DNA of 64,000 bases from assembly GCA_951406725.2 (NCBI GenBank), contig OX597841.1, forward strand, positions 12,710,001 through 12,774,000, written 5' to 3'. Positions 26,698 through 41,362 of this stretch are shown piece by piece (position 1 is the first letter of the stretch; every line of letters begins with the position of its first letter). Position numbers and translations under genes: made by a program. The DNA comes from Octopus vulgaris (Eukaryota). The notes below the pieces were generated by a model. It saw only the letters and a list, made by a program, of their open reading frames with translations. It did not search any database and was not told the origin of the DNA.

Positions 26698-26732
<35 letters not shown>

Positions 26733-26952
26733 ACAGACAAAAATAGAGAGTGATCAATATTGGTCAGCGAATCGATCAGACCACCAATAAATCAATGGTG
26801 ACCACCACCACTGCTACCTCAAAATGAAGTTTAGACAAAAGGATCGCTGCTTGATTTCACACGCTCAAGTAATTAAGACAAACCGCAGAAGGCTAGTCTA
26901 GGAGTGCATGTGGGTGTATATACATACATATATATATATATATGTACATATA

Positions 26953-27171
<219 letters not shown>

Positions 27172-27184
27172 TTATATATATATG

Positions 27185-27221
<37 letters not shown>

Positions 27222-27718
27222 ATGCATACATATATGTGTAGATATGTGTGTATATATATATATATATTATATATAGGTATATGTACATAGACACATACAT
27301 GATGGCGGTGTTGGTGGTGGCCGTGGCGGTGGTGTTGACCTCTTCCTTAGAAAGTTTCCTCCCGTTTCAAAAGAATGCTTCTAAAGAAAAGGTTCCATTC
27401 TTTTGTAGACTCAGCCTGGCCAATAACTCCATTGACACGGATGTCACCTCGGGGGGGGGGGGGCCCCCCCTCCCCCTCCCCTCCCCTCCCCCAGCCGTTG
27501 CACAGCCCCCCCCCGCCCCGCCTCTCTCTCTCTCTCTCTCTCTTGGAAAGTACTGCAATGAGTTCATTGATAGCCACAAAGGCATCGACAACGACCGACA
27601 TCACACATCGAAAAGAAGTCAGGCATCGACCTTCTGAGCAATGAATTATACACAGGCATATACACACATATATATACAAGGATGCATACATATATATATA
27701 CACATATTCATTGGCCAC

Positions 27719-27864
<146 letters not shown>

Positions 27865-28031
27865 GTACATATATATATATATATATGTACATAAATATAT
27901 GTTTTTAAAAATATATATCTATATCTATCAATCTATCTATATATATATATATATATATATGTGTATGTATGTATACATACACATATATATCTCTAAATAT
28001 ATATATACATACATATATATTTCTAAATATA

Positions 28032-28079
<48 letters not shown>

Positions 28080-28901
28080 TGTATGCACATACGCTTACAT
28101 ACACATATTTCCTTCTGTCTCTCTCTATTTATCTACTTCCAAGTCTAGATGTTGTCTATGTATCAAATTAACATACATACATATATACACTCACTCAGCC
28201 GATGGAATCGTCATGGTGCCCAATAAAAATACTTGGCAGCATCTTGTCCATCTTCATCTTCTGAACTGAAATGTTGTTGGAGTCCACTTTCCCTTTCATC
28301 CTTTTGTGGGGGTTGATAAAATAAGTTCTACTCGAAAACTGGGGTCGATCTAATCAACTTCCTGCCTTCCCCAAAATTGCAGGCCTTGTGCCAAAATTTG
28401 AAAGCACTATGCAGTTGTGAGCCCCGTGCCGGTAGCACATAAAAAGCACCATCCGATCATGGCCAATACAAGCTCCTGTGGTCCCTGTGCTGGGGGCACA
28501 TAAAAAGCACCCACTACACTCACGGAGTGGTTGACGTTAGGACACCAGTGACATTGCAATTCATTTCTACAGCTGAGTGAACTGGAGCAATGTGAAAATA
28601 AAGTGTCTTGCTCAAGAACACAACACACATCCCGATCCAGGAATCGAACTCTGTACCTCATGTTAGTGAGCCACACACTCTAACTACTGAGCTATGTGCA
28701 TTCACATATAATACTGTACACTTCAATTAATTTATGTATATATCTGGTATGGCTGTGTGGTAAGTACTTGCTTTCCAACCACAGGGTTCCATGTTCAGTC
28801 CCACTGCATGACACTTTGAGCAAGTGTCTTCTACTATAGCCTCGGATTGATCAAAGCCTTGTGAGTGGATTTGTTAGATGGAAACTGAAAGAAGCCCGTC
28901 T

Positions 28902-28960
<59 letters not shown>

Positions 28961-29894
28961 ATATATTTGCATGCCTGTGTTGGTCCCCGCCACCATCACT
29001 TGATAAACAATGTTGGTTTGTTTACATCCCCATCACCTGGTGGTTCAGCAACAGAGACTGAAAGAATAGGTCCTTTCTTTTCTACATGCACCCATCAATT
29101 TCAGTCTCATCAGAAAAAACATTTTGGTCTTTTTGGCAACTCACACCATGTGTCTCAAAAGGGTTAAACATTATAAAAGAGGGCCAGGGGCCAAGCATTC
29201 GACCCCATCAATTATTCTTTTGTTGTTCGAAATCGAAATTGAACCAATCATATGACTGGCACCTGGCAGATGCCAGGACCCCTGGACTGGAGGTACGTAA
29301 AAAGCACTATCCGAATCGTGGCCGATTCCAGCGCCGCCTCGACTGGCTTCCGTGCCGGTGGCACGTAATATGCACCAATCCGACCATGGCCGATGCCAGC
29401 CTTGCCTGGCCCCTGTGCAGGTGGCACATAAAAACCACCCACTACACTCACGGAGTGGTTGGCGTTAGGAAGGGCATCCAGCTGTAGAAACACTGCCAGA
29501 TCAGACTGGAGCCTGGTGCAGCCTCCTGGCTTTCCAGATCCCCGGTCGAACCGTCCAACCCATGCTAGCATGGAGAACGGACGTTAAACGATGATGATGA
29601 TGATGATGTTCAGATAAATCTTTAGCTTCTATATTAATGGACTCGAAAGCATTATTTCTAGATTCCTTATAAATATTTATGTTAGTGTATAAAAGCTGTG
29701 TAGAATGTACTGAGTGTGACTAACACACCTACGTTGTATACATTCCGTGTTTCGTCAGAGGAGACAAGCAACTTACCTGGATTTGCACAGAGATGTTAAA
29801 TGTTCGTTTGAGTTGGTTTGGAAAGGTGTGATTTGCACCTTGGGACTTTTAAGATGTTTTAAAAGATCCTCTTCAAAGTTTTTGAACACCTTCG

Positions 29895-29935
<41 letters not shown>

Positions 29936-30449
29936 TGTGAGTCCTTCTCTTGACATTATGTTGTCATCGCCTGTCATCATCATTATCATCATCATCATTA
30001 TCATCATCATCATCATCCATTAACGTCCGTTTTCCATGCTGGCATGGGTTGGACAGTTTGACTGAGAACTGGTAAGCTCAAGAGCTGCACAGGGTTCCAA
30101 TCTGATTTGGCAAGGTTTCTACAGCTGGATGCCCTTCCTAATGCCAACCACTCCCAAGAGTGTCAGTACTGAAAATTGAGATCAAGCGAGCTTTTGCCCT
30201 TTTGCTCCATGTGTGGTTTCCGTACATACATACATACATGTACACAGCCATACATAGACAGACAGACAGACAGAAAGCAGAGAGCAAGTCATGGCTACAA
30301 TATTTTACAGTGAAGCTGAGAGGATGTCACAGTAGAATACTACACTTTATTCTCTTCCCATGGGTCGGCCTTCTCCTATTCAATACACACAGCAGTTATA
30401 CACACCTCTGTATACACACAACTCTCATATATATAATCATACATGCATG

Positions 30450-30481
<32 letters not shown>

Positions 30482-30539
30482 AGCATATATACATAGGCAC
30501 ATATTTATATACACATGTACACAAACACACACACTCACA

Positions 30540-30580
<41 letters not shown>

Positions 30581-31153
30581 TGCTTAGCTAGGGGGAAAAG
30601 TTAATGAGATTTTCAACAGGAAGGTAGGGTCGAGATGAGTCTGGCTCCCTGCTACTCCCTATAGGGGCCACGACCCCTTATATTTATCAAAAGGGGGTCT
30701 CTCTCTACAAAGCACTGCCTAATCGAGATGTACTTATGGCCGACCTAGATCTAATCTCTGTGTGTGTGTGAGTGTGTGTGAGTGAGTGTCTGTATGTGTG
30801 CATGTGTGTGGGTGTGTCTGTGTGTGTGTGTTTTGTGTGTGGGTGTTTGTGTGGTTGTGTGGATGTGTGTGTGTGTGTGTGTGTGTGTATGCTTGTGTAC
30901 ATGCATGTCTGCATTTACCACACAAAGATCTATTTATCTATCTATATATATATACAAACACACTTATGAATATATACATGTACATACACTCATATAAATG
31001 TACATATATAAATACACACACATAGATATACATATACACACACAATACATATGTGTATATATATATATATATATATACACATATATTTACACAGGCAAGT
31101 ATATGTATATACAACATACATATATGTATGTATATATAAATCTGTACACAGAC

Positions 31154-31184
<31 letters not shown>

Positions 31185-31544
31185 CACACACACACATACA
31201 TATATATAGGGCGTGTGAGTGTGTGTGTGTGAAAGGAATCTTCTACACACAATTCAAATAATGCTTGTCTTTATATTATCCAGGGTGTTTATCGTTCAAT
31301 AGCCCAATGCTTTGGTATGCCTAAGTGGATTGGTATGTGTCTCTGTGTGTGTGTGTTTATATACATGAGTGTGTGTGTGCGTGCGTGTATATGTATGCAT
31401 GTATGTATGTGTGTGTGTGTGTGTGTGTGTGTACCTTAGATGAAGACGAGAGGGATCAGGGTGGAGAAAAAGAGAGTCAAGGACGTGTGTATATGTATGC
31501 TGTATATATCTACAACCACATGTATATATGTGTGTGTACATGTG

Positions 31545-31581
<37 letters not shown>

Positions 31582-31615
31582 AAATTCACACAAACACACA
31601 TGTGTATATATATAT

Positions 31616-31721
<106 letters not shown>

Positions 31722-32004
31722 ACTTATATATATATATAAACATATGCATACCACACACATACATATGTATATATATACATACATACATATATACATTGTA
31801 TGTTTGAAATTTCTGTACATACACATGTATATAAGTAGGTATGTATAAGTGTGTACGAACACAAATCTACGCACACTCATGTATATACACCCAAAGATAG
31901 CATCACAGATGAAAGAAAAATAGGAACACTCAAGTGGATAACAGCCTTTGGATGAATGTATATAACCATGGCTATATACACACCATCTATAAATATACAT
32001 ACCT

Positions 32005-32037
<33 letters not shown>

Positions 32038-32263
32038 TATATATAAATGCCGTATACCTGCATATATATATATATGTATATATATGTATGTATGTGTGTG
32101 CGTGTGTGTGTGTGTGTGTGAGATTGTACATGCTTAAGTGTGAATGTATGTATACGCACACACACACATATAAAACATTTGATTATATACACACTTCATA
32201 GGACACTGCTTTCTCCTCAAACATTTGTTTCTTCTTTATTTCTTCCAAGTTTGTGTGTGCCTG

Positions 32264-32319
<56 letters not shown>

Positions 32320-32454
32320 TGTAAAAATATACAGGGGTAATGTTGGCCTGTCTAACCAGTGGGGTGGCATCATTTAAAAGCAAAAACAATGTAAAGCACA
32401 TTGTGATCATCAAGGTATAGCAGTATCTGATATTGAGGTTGATACTGTAACACT

Positions 32455-32503
<49 letters not shown>

Positions 32504-33672
32504 CTGATGAAGTGTATTTTTCCTTGTGTAGTTTGTCTTGTACTCTGTTTTTCTGTTGTAAAAAAATGGTTTGTTCCATGCTTGTTTTCCCGTTTTCGTT
32601 TCTCGTTGAGTTCTACGTCTAGTTGTGGTGTCCTGTACTCACATATATAAATTTATATATGCATGTATATATACATGTAGATGTAGGTACGTACATATAT
32701 GTTTGTATGTATGCATATATTTTATTTTTTACACTATTGTATGACTGAGCGCCTTCGCATCGATTCGATTCGATTCGTTCGTTTCGTTCCGTTCTTATTC
32801 TCCAAGTACTGTTTTATATATATATATATTCATACATAAACACAAACACACATGCACACGCATGAACACACGGACACACACACATTCAGTAAGGTTTCAC
32901 AATGGTAGCATAGTGAGTTGAAAAGTATTTAGTCAGCTGACAAGCAATTAGCAATTAGTAAACAAAAACTCAAAGTAATAGTGTTAAATCTTGAAAAAAA
33001 ACATCCCCTACAATAATACAGGCAAGGGAGATAAGCTTGCTAAGATCAGTTGAGCGAAATTTTGAAAGCTTAAAAACACTGAAGATAAGAGAGGTTTTTT
33101 TGTCTTTAATGGTGTGTAATTTAATTTTGAAATACAATGATGCTATTGCCCCACCCCAACCCTCCATTTATGTGCAAAGTGGCTCTGATACAGAGTCACT
33201 TAGTATTAAGTGACCCACAAATTTTGAAAAAGAAAAACAATTGATAGATGTGTTAGAGGTCAGGAGTTTTTAGCTAAAATGGAAGGCAAGAAACTGAAGG
33301 TGATAAATAAGTGTTTTGTATTTGCCACTCAAAGATCAACTCCCCACCTCTCTCTCTCTCTCTCTCTCCCCACGAAGAGGGAACTAATGGGATGGAGGAG
33401 TGGAGGGCAGTGATAAAATGAGGTGGGGAGGTTCTCTGCAAGTACTATCATTGTTTGGCATGAGGGACATGAATGAACTCTCTGGGTATGCATTTATACA
33501 TACATATATATATAATATTAATGTTTGTTTTTATGTATTTGTATATGTGTGCATGTATGTGTATGTATGTATGTGAGTGTTTACTTATATATATGTGTAT
33601 ATACATATACATACATACATATATATATATTTATATATATAGGTAAATCACAATACACAGGCACACAAACAC

Positions 33673-33707
<35 letters not shown>

Positions 33708-34634
33708 GCATAGACACTTCCCAACCACATGGTTCCATGTTCCATCCCACTTTATGGCACCTTAGGCAAGTGTCTTCTACTATAAGCCTTGGGTCAACCA
33801 AAGCTTTGTTAGAGGATTTGGCAGACGGAAACTGAATTTTTAATATGGTTTAATATTTTAACAACTGATTCATTGGTAAAGTGATGATATGTTGTCAACT
33901 TAATGGGACAGTCCCATGAAAGGGAAGAATGCTACTGTTGTTTAACCCAACAACATACCATCACTTTATTGTGCTGCTACTGCATAAATCTCTCTGAGGG
34001 ATTTAGTAATGTATTATTTCTTATTATTTTATTGCCTACAAGAGGCTAAACATAAAGGGGACAAACAAGGACAGACAAACGGATTAAGTCGATTACATCA
34101 ACTCCAGTGCGTAACTGGTACTTAATTTATCAACCCCGAAAGGATGAAAGGCAAAGTCGACCTCGACAGAATTTGAACTTAGAATGTAACGGCAGACGAA
34201 ATACCTATTTCTTTACTATCCACAAGGGGCTAAATGCAGAGGGGACAGACAAACGGATTAAGTCGATTACATCGACCCCACTGCGTAACTGGTACTTTAT
34301 CGACCTCGAAAGGATGAACGGTAAAGTCGACCTCGGCGGAATTTGAACTCGGAACGTAACAGCAGAGGAAATACCGCCAAGCATTTTGCCCGGCGTGCTA
34401 ACGTTTCTGCCAACTCACCACCTTAGTAATGTATTATTTCTATGATACATTGGTATATTTCAAGGACTGAAATACATTGATCCATGGCAGAATATAGGTA
34501 TAAATAAATTGTTGAACCTCTCTGAAATTCTCCTTAACATTTTTTTTATACCTTTGCATCTGGGGGTCTTTTATCTGAGCACTTCTGAATACTGTCTATA
34601 CAATAAGCATCGAAACTTTACCATATATATATAT

Positions 34635-35196
34635 AGGTGTAGGAGTGGCTGCGTGGTAAGTAGCTTGCTTACCAACCACATGGTTCCATGTTCAGTCCCA
34701 CTGCGTGGCACCTTGGGCAAATGTCTTCTACTATAGACTCAGGCGGACCAAAGCCTTGTGAGTGGATTTGGTAGACGGAAACTGAAAGAAGCCCGTCGTA
34801 TATATTATATATATATATACACTTTTGTCAGAAATTAATTAGCACTTCTCAAATTTCTACATTAAATAGGTTAAATCAATTAACCTATGAGCTGTTCAAA
34901 ACGTCTTACGCGATGAGAAAACTTAGTATGGTGTGATTTCGGTCCTTGCGAGGCGCTACCTATATCTATTAAACAAAGGAAGATTTGTCTGCATCCGCAC
35001 TCCAAGTTGTTGCACTGCTATGTCAACATCATAAGGCTGTAGACTCTCAAACTGCTCTGCAAACAAAGTTACGTCATCGTTCTGCGCAACAGTGAACTCG
35101 CAACAAAGCAATAGTTCGAGATATGGCCACTAGGTGACAGCACATACCTTGAGTGAAGAGCAAATCAAGGGTGCTAATTAATTTCTGACGGTAGTG

Positions 35197-35233
<37 letters not shown>

Positions 35234-35452
35234 GTGTGTGTGTATATGTTTGTGTGTCTGTGTTTGTCTCCCCCAACATCACTTGACAACCGATGCTGGT
35301 GTGTTTATGACACCATAACTTAGCGATTCAGCAAAAGAGAGTGATAGAATAAGTACTAGGCTCACAAAGAATAAGTCCTTGGGTCGATTTGCTCAACTAA
35401 AAGCAGTGCTCCAGCATGGCCACATTCAAATGACTGAAACAAGTAAAAGAGA
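34635..35452 (+). mobile_element. SINE family A interrupted by a Tc1/mariner-type MITE
   Basis: 5' half 34635-34800 and 3' half ~35250-35452 separated by element 34820-35196 inside the internal (TA)n. Confidence 0.8.
34820..35196. mobile_element. Tc1/mariner-type MITE
   Basis: 26-bp TIRs CACTTTTGTCAGAAATTAATTAGCAC / GTGCTAATTAATTTCTGACGGTAGTG, TA on both flanks. Confidence 0.85.
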
Positions 35453-35962
35453 GTATATGTATGTATGTGTGTATTTCTGCATCTGTGTTTGTCCCCACCT
35501 CCATAGCTTGACAACCAATGTTGGTGTGTTTATGTCCCTGTAGCTTAGCGGCTCGGCAAGAAGAGATAGAATAAGTACTTGGCTTACAAAAAATATAAGT
35601 CCTGCAGTCGATGTGTTCAACTAAAGGCAGTGCTCCAGCATGGCCGCATTCAAATGACTGAAACAAGCAGAAGAAGAAAAGAAGAAGCAAATGTATACAT
35701 GTATGCATTTGTGTGTGTGTTTGTTTGTGTGTAGGTCTCGGAGTGTGGTTATGGGTGTATATAAAATAGCTGGAGTTTGAAAGGCTGGGTATAGAATAGG
35801 CCAATAATTGTATAGTATTGGAAGTGTATATATATATGCATATATATATACATGTATGTATATATATATATGCATATATATATACATGTATGTGTGTATA
35901 TATATATATATATATACATATATGTGTATATATATAATTATATATGTGTGTGTGTGTGCATA

Positions 35963-36005
<43 letters not shown>

Positions 36006-36024
36006 CTCTTTCTATATATATATG

Positions 36025-36069
<45 letters not shown>

Positions 36070-36469
36070 ATATGTTTGTGTGTATGTATATATATATGTA
36101 TGTATATATATATGTATGTATATATATATATGTGTGTATATATATATATGTGTGTATATATATATACATACACACATACATGTCGTAGGTATGAATGATG
36201 TAGAGTTGATGTGGAGGCGATGGGGGCAGGAGTGTTTGAGGGGGGGGGACAGGCTGGCTGTGTAGCCAGAGGAACAGATCCCATTTATGTAGAAATGCAG
36301 AGGGGGAGGGGATTGTCTGGCTGGCTGGCCTGCCGGCCGGCTGGTGGGTGGGAGGGGTGGTTTGCAGGGGGGGGGGGTGAGGGGGGTGAGGTGTCTTGGA
36401 GACAACAGATATTGGTGAGATTCTGGTGTTTTCAAGAAGCTGTGAGGGTGTAGGGGGGACGGCATTGAT

Positions 36470-37050
36470 GGTGGTAGTGGTGGTTGGTGACCGGCTGTCT
36501 TGGTGGTAGTGATGATGGTATTAGTAGTAGCAGCAGCAGCAGCAGCAGTAGTAGTTGCTGTAGTTGTGGTTGTAGTCGTCGGTGGTTATGGTGGTAGTAA
36601 TGGTGATGATGATGGTGGTGGAGGTGGTGAAAGTGGTGTCAGAGTTGGTAGTAGTAGTAGTAGTAGTTGTTGTAGAAGTAGTGGTGGTGGTAGTCGTAGT
36701 AGTAGCGGTGGTAGTAGTTGTAGTGGTGGTGGTGTTAGTAGTAGTAGTAGTAGTAGTTGTAGTGGTGGTGGTGGTAGTAGTAGTAGTAACTGTGGTAGTA
36801 GTTGTAGGGGTGGTATTGGTTGTGGTCACAGTTGTAGTAGTAGCGATAGTGATGGCGGCGGTGGTGGTGCTAGTGGTAGTTGTGGTGGTGGTGATGTAGG
36901 TGTGTCAGAGCCATCACCTTTACAGAGAAACTACTGCATAACCCCAACCACAACATTCAACTCCACCACCACCACTGCCACCTCCACCTCCACCACCGCC
37001 ACCTTCACCTCCATCACCACCACCGCCACCACCACCATGACCACCGTTGC
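36470..37050. repeat. Compound (TAG/TGG/CAC)n low-complexity tract
   Basis: Direct reading. Confidence 0.9.
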
Positions 37051-37575
37051 CGCCATAAAAATACTCTTGTAAACCTCTATATTTCATGTCAGTGAGACAC
37101 AGGGGACCTCTTCAACTGCCACCACCCTCCCTCCCTCCCACCTCCAACCACCACCAATTCTAACCTCCACCCTGCCCCCCTCTAATCTTCCCCCCTCCAC
37201 CCCACCCCACCCCTCGCCACCTGATACCCAGAGACTTCAACAGTCAGTAAAGATAACTGTACCCTGATGACAAGGCAGCAGGGTGTTGCATGGAGTTGTG
37301 TGTGGTAGCAAGGGGGTGGTGGTGGTGGTGGCAGGGTGAATGTGTGTATATGTGATCCAGTTGATGTATATGATGATCAAAGAGGTTCCAAACGTGACCA
37401 TCTACGTTATTTTAATGTACATCAAAAAATTCAGGATCTTGTTGTCTTACATTTTTTTTTTATTTCAGAAAGTACACCGTGATTTGAGGGAGATTTGGCT
37501 GCTGTTTCAAGCAGGTCTAGCTACCATGTAGAGGTCTCTCTCATTGGCTTCTATGTACATACATAAGAGAGTAGG

Positions 37576-37983
37576 AGGATCTTTTCACTTTGACCGGCAG
37601 GTTTTTAAAATAATTTCTATGTAACTAAAAGATTTTAAACTTCGTACACTGGTAGAATGTGTTTATAAAACATCTTTTTCTCTTGGCTTTATTGAGAAAA
37701 TTATTCTGTAGTTTGTAACATATTTGTTGTTTAATTTCTTGCATTTCGGCAATTTCAACCAATCAATGACGTCTATTGAGGTGAAAACGATTTCTGCCAT
37801 AACATTTTTTGCCGAAGTGCAAGAAATTAAACAACAAATATGTTACAAACTACAGAATTTTCTCAAGAAAGCCAAGAGAAAAAGATGTTTTTGTAAACAC
37901 ATTCTACCAGTGTATGAAGTTTAAAATTTTTTAGTTACATAGAAATTATTTTAAAAATCAGCTGGTCAAAGTGAAAAGATTTC
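37576..37983. mobile_element. Foldback MITE with ~175-bp inverted arms
   Basis: ATCTTTTCACTTTGACC...TGCATTTCGGCAA mirrors TTGCCGAAGTGCA...GGTCAAAGTGAAAAGAT; AGTAGG on both flanks (37570-75, 37984-89); interrupts a ~95-bp tandem repeat spanning ~37478-38160. Confidence 0.85.
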
Positions 37984-38177
37984 AGTAGGGTGCAATTTGA
38001 GAGAGACCCGGCTGCTATTTTTACCAGGTCTAGCTACCATCTAGAGGTCTCTCTCATTGGCTTCTATGTGCATACATAAGACCGTAGGGTGTGATTTAAG
38101 GGAGACCTGGCTGCTATTTCTAACAGATCTAGCTACCATGTAGAGGTCTCACTCATTGGTTAATACTTTTTTTGTTA

Positions 38178-38378
38178 CATGGGCTGATCATTAAGTATCC
38201 GGAATGTTGCCATAGAAATGAAGCTAAGGCACGCAGAGTGAAGCCACTTGTCACACAGATTGATCTTCAACTCTGCCGTGCATGTGCACTAAGTTTTAAT
38301 GTTCTAGCTCACTTCTGCTGTTCACTGCAGTGCTTGGAAGGAACGTGTGTAGCATGTGATCGTTGCATCAACCATGAA
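38178..38378 (+). mobile_element. mariner-like 5' terminal fragment
   Basis: TA|CATGGGCTGATCATTAAGTATCCGG resembles mariner TIRs (TACGAGGG..AAGT); truncated by the RTE insertion. Confidence 0.5.
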
Positions 38379-38379
38379 T

Positions 38380-39480
38380 CATCATCGTTTAATGTCCGTT
38401 TTCCATGCTAGCATGAGTTGGACGGTTCCACCGGGGTCTGGGAAGTCAGGAGGCTGCACCAGACTCGAGTCTGATCTGGTAGTGTTTCTACAGCTGGATG
38501 CCCTTCCTAACGCCAACCACTCTGTGAGTGTAGTGGGTGCTTTTTACGTGCCAGGCGAAGCTGGCAACGGCCACGTTCGGTTGGTTCTTTTACGAGCCAC
38601 CAGCACTGGTATCACAACTGCAATTTCCATTGATTTTTGATCGATTTCGATTTCACTTGCCTCAACAGGTCTTCGCAAGCAGAGTTTTGTGTCCCAAGAA
38701 GGAGAGGTATGCATAAGTGGACTGGCTACATCCCAGGTAGAGGCCACGGGTTATGGTCTCACTTGTCCTGCCAGGTCTTCTCACGCACAGCATACTTCCA
38801 AAGGTCTTGGTCACTAGTCATTGCCTCGGTGAGACCTAATGTTCGAAGGTCGTGCTTCACCACCTCGTCCCAGGTTTTCCTGGGTTTACCTCTTCCACAG
38901 GTTCCCTCGACCTCTAAGGTGTGGCACTTTTTCACACAACTATCTTCATCCATTCTTGCCACATGACCATACCAGCGCAAACGTCTCTCTTGCATACCAC
39001 AACTGATGCTTCTTAGGTCCAACTTTTCTCTCAAGGTACTTACACTCTGTCGAGTATGAACACTGACATTACACATCCATCGGAGCATACTGGCTTCATT
39101 TCTTGCGAGCTTACGCAAATCCTCAGCAGTCACAGCCCAAGTTTCACTACCATGTAGCATGGCTGTACGTACACATGCATCATACAGTCTGCCTTTTACT
39201 TTGTGCGAGAGGCCTTTTGTCACCAGCAGAGGTAAGAGCTCTCTGAACTTTGCCCAGGCTATTCTTACTCTAGCAGTTACACTTTCAGCACACCCACCCC
39301 AACTACTGACTTGGTCACCTAGGTAACAGAAGCTATCAACTATTTCTAGTTTTTCTCCCTGGAATGTGGCGGAAGTCGGTCTCTGCGCATTTTCAGGGTT
39401 TATTGCTCCTGAGCATCTGCCACATACAAAAACTATCTTCCTAGTTAGCCTTCCTTTGACATTGCTGCACCTCTTGTGTC
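38380..39480 (-). mobile_element. 5'-truncated RTE-clade LINE (C-terminal RT region + 3' UTR + (GAT)n tail)
   Basis: ORF 38759-39499: VDSFCYLG..RVRIAWAKFRELLPLL..KGRLYDACVRTAMLHGSETW..MLRWM..RRLRWYGHVARM..GRGKPRKTW, characteristic of RTE. Confidence 0.92.
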
Positions 39481-39605
39481 CTGGGGTTGATTTGTTCAAC
39501 TAAAGGCAGTGCTCCAGCATGGCAGAAACAAATAAAAGAATAAAAGAATATGTATCCATATCTATCTACCTATCCATTTGTCTGTCTGTTTATCTATCTA
39601 TCTAC

Positions 39606-39658
<53 letters not shown>

Positions 39659-39746
39659 TATACATAGATACATATTTATATATTTACAGTAATCCCTCGA
39701 TTATCATAGGTGTTACGTTCCAAAACAACACTGCTATATATGTGTA

Positions 39747-39791
<45 letters not shown>

Positions 39792-40212
39792 GTGTATATA
39801 TATATGATATGCTTCTCTGTATGATGTATTTCTCTCTGCTGCTTACGTATGCCATGAGCATGTATGTGTTTTTATGAATGACTTTCTCTCCCTGTCTGTT
39901 CCATCCAAATATGCACATATCCATTCATATTTCCATACCCCATATACACCCGTACAGACATATGAAGATGTAAGATTCCACATGACGTACTCGCTACTCG
40001 TTCTGCTACAATGGTAAGACGCCAGTGAACCGGAACTTTGGCCTGGTTTCGAGCCTCGTTAGAGTCGCTTCACTAACAGCGTTAATGTGCTTAGCAACGC
40101 AATTCCTTCTTCCACCACCAACCACACAATATTGCAGAACCTTCGTCACATCAGCAGAACACAAATGCTCATGTGTATACACTTATATGCGTGTGTATAT
40201 ATATACATACAT

Positions 40213-40430
40213 ACTCTTTACTCTTTTACTCTTTTACTTGTTTCAGTCATTTGACTGCGGCCATGCTGGAGCACCGCCTTTTAGTCGAGCAAGTCGACCC
40301 CGGGACTTATTCTTTGTAAGCCCAGTACTTATTCTACCGGTCTCTTTTGCCGAACCGCTAAGTGACAGTGACGTAAACACACCAGCATCGGTTGTCAAGC
40401 AATGCTAGGGGGATAAACACAGACACACAA

Positions 40431-40476
<46 letters not shown>

Positions 40477-41010
40477 CAGGCTTCTTTCAGTTTCCGTTTA
40501 CCAAATCCACTCACAAGGCATTGGTCGGCCCGAGGCTATAGCAGAAGACACTTGCCCAAGATGCTACGCAGTGGGACTGAACCCGGAACCATGTGGTTGG
40601 TTAGCAAGCTACTTACCACACAGCCGGGTATATATGTTCTTTTATTTTTTTACTTGTTTCAGTCATTTGACTGTAGCCATGCTGGAGCACCGCCTTTAGT
40701 TGAACAAATCAACCCCGGGACTTATTTTTTGTAAGTCTAGTACTTATTCTATCGCTCTCTTTTGCTGAACAGCTAGGTTATGGGGATGTAAACACACCAG
40801 CAACAGTTGTCAAGCAACGGCGGGGAGACGAACACAGACTTACACATACACACACACCACACACATACATATATATGACGGGGTTCTTTCAGTTTCCGTC
40901 TACCAAATCCACTCACAAGGCTTTGGCCAACCTGAGGCTATAATAGAAGACACTCGCCCAAGGTGCCACGCGGTGGGACTGAACCCAGAACCATGTGGTT
41001 GGGAAGCAAC
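40213..41010 (-). mobile_element. Two tandem SINE family A copies
   Basis: Copies 40213-40625 and 40645-41010, both minus. Confidence 0.8.
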
Positions 41011-41084
41011 CTGTGCCTATCCATGCAGCCATGCCTACACATGTGTGTGTTTGTAATATATGTATATAAATATATATATATATA

Positions 41085-41315
41085 TCAGCAAAACAATTTA
41101 GATTCAAATGAATATGGTACTTAGATGCACCAGAATTTTTTTATAGTATTAACCATAAAATTATGTGGGGTGATTAAAACCCCAAAATAAGCAACAAGAA
41201 TGGATCAGTAGTTTAGTCCAATTGTTTCATACTATAGTATTCATACTTATTTCATACTTATAGTATGAAACAATTGTACTAAACTACCGATCCATTCTTG
41301 TTGCTTATTTTTTGG
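41085..41315. repeat. Head-to-head 5'-truncated copies of the 55777 hammerhead element
   Basis: Both arms begin at TAGTATGAAACAATTG(T/G)ACTAAACTAC..GATCCATTCTTGTTGCTTATT; the left arm (minus) matches 55841-56000. Confidence 0.75.
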
Positions 41316-41316
41316 T

Positions 41317-41362
<46 letters not shown>

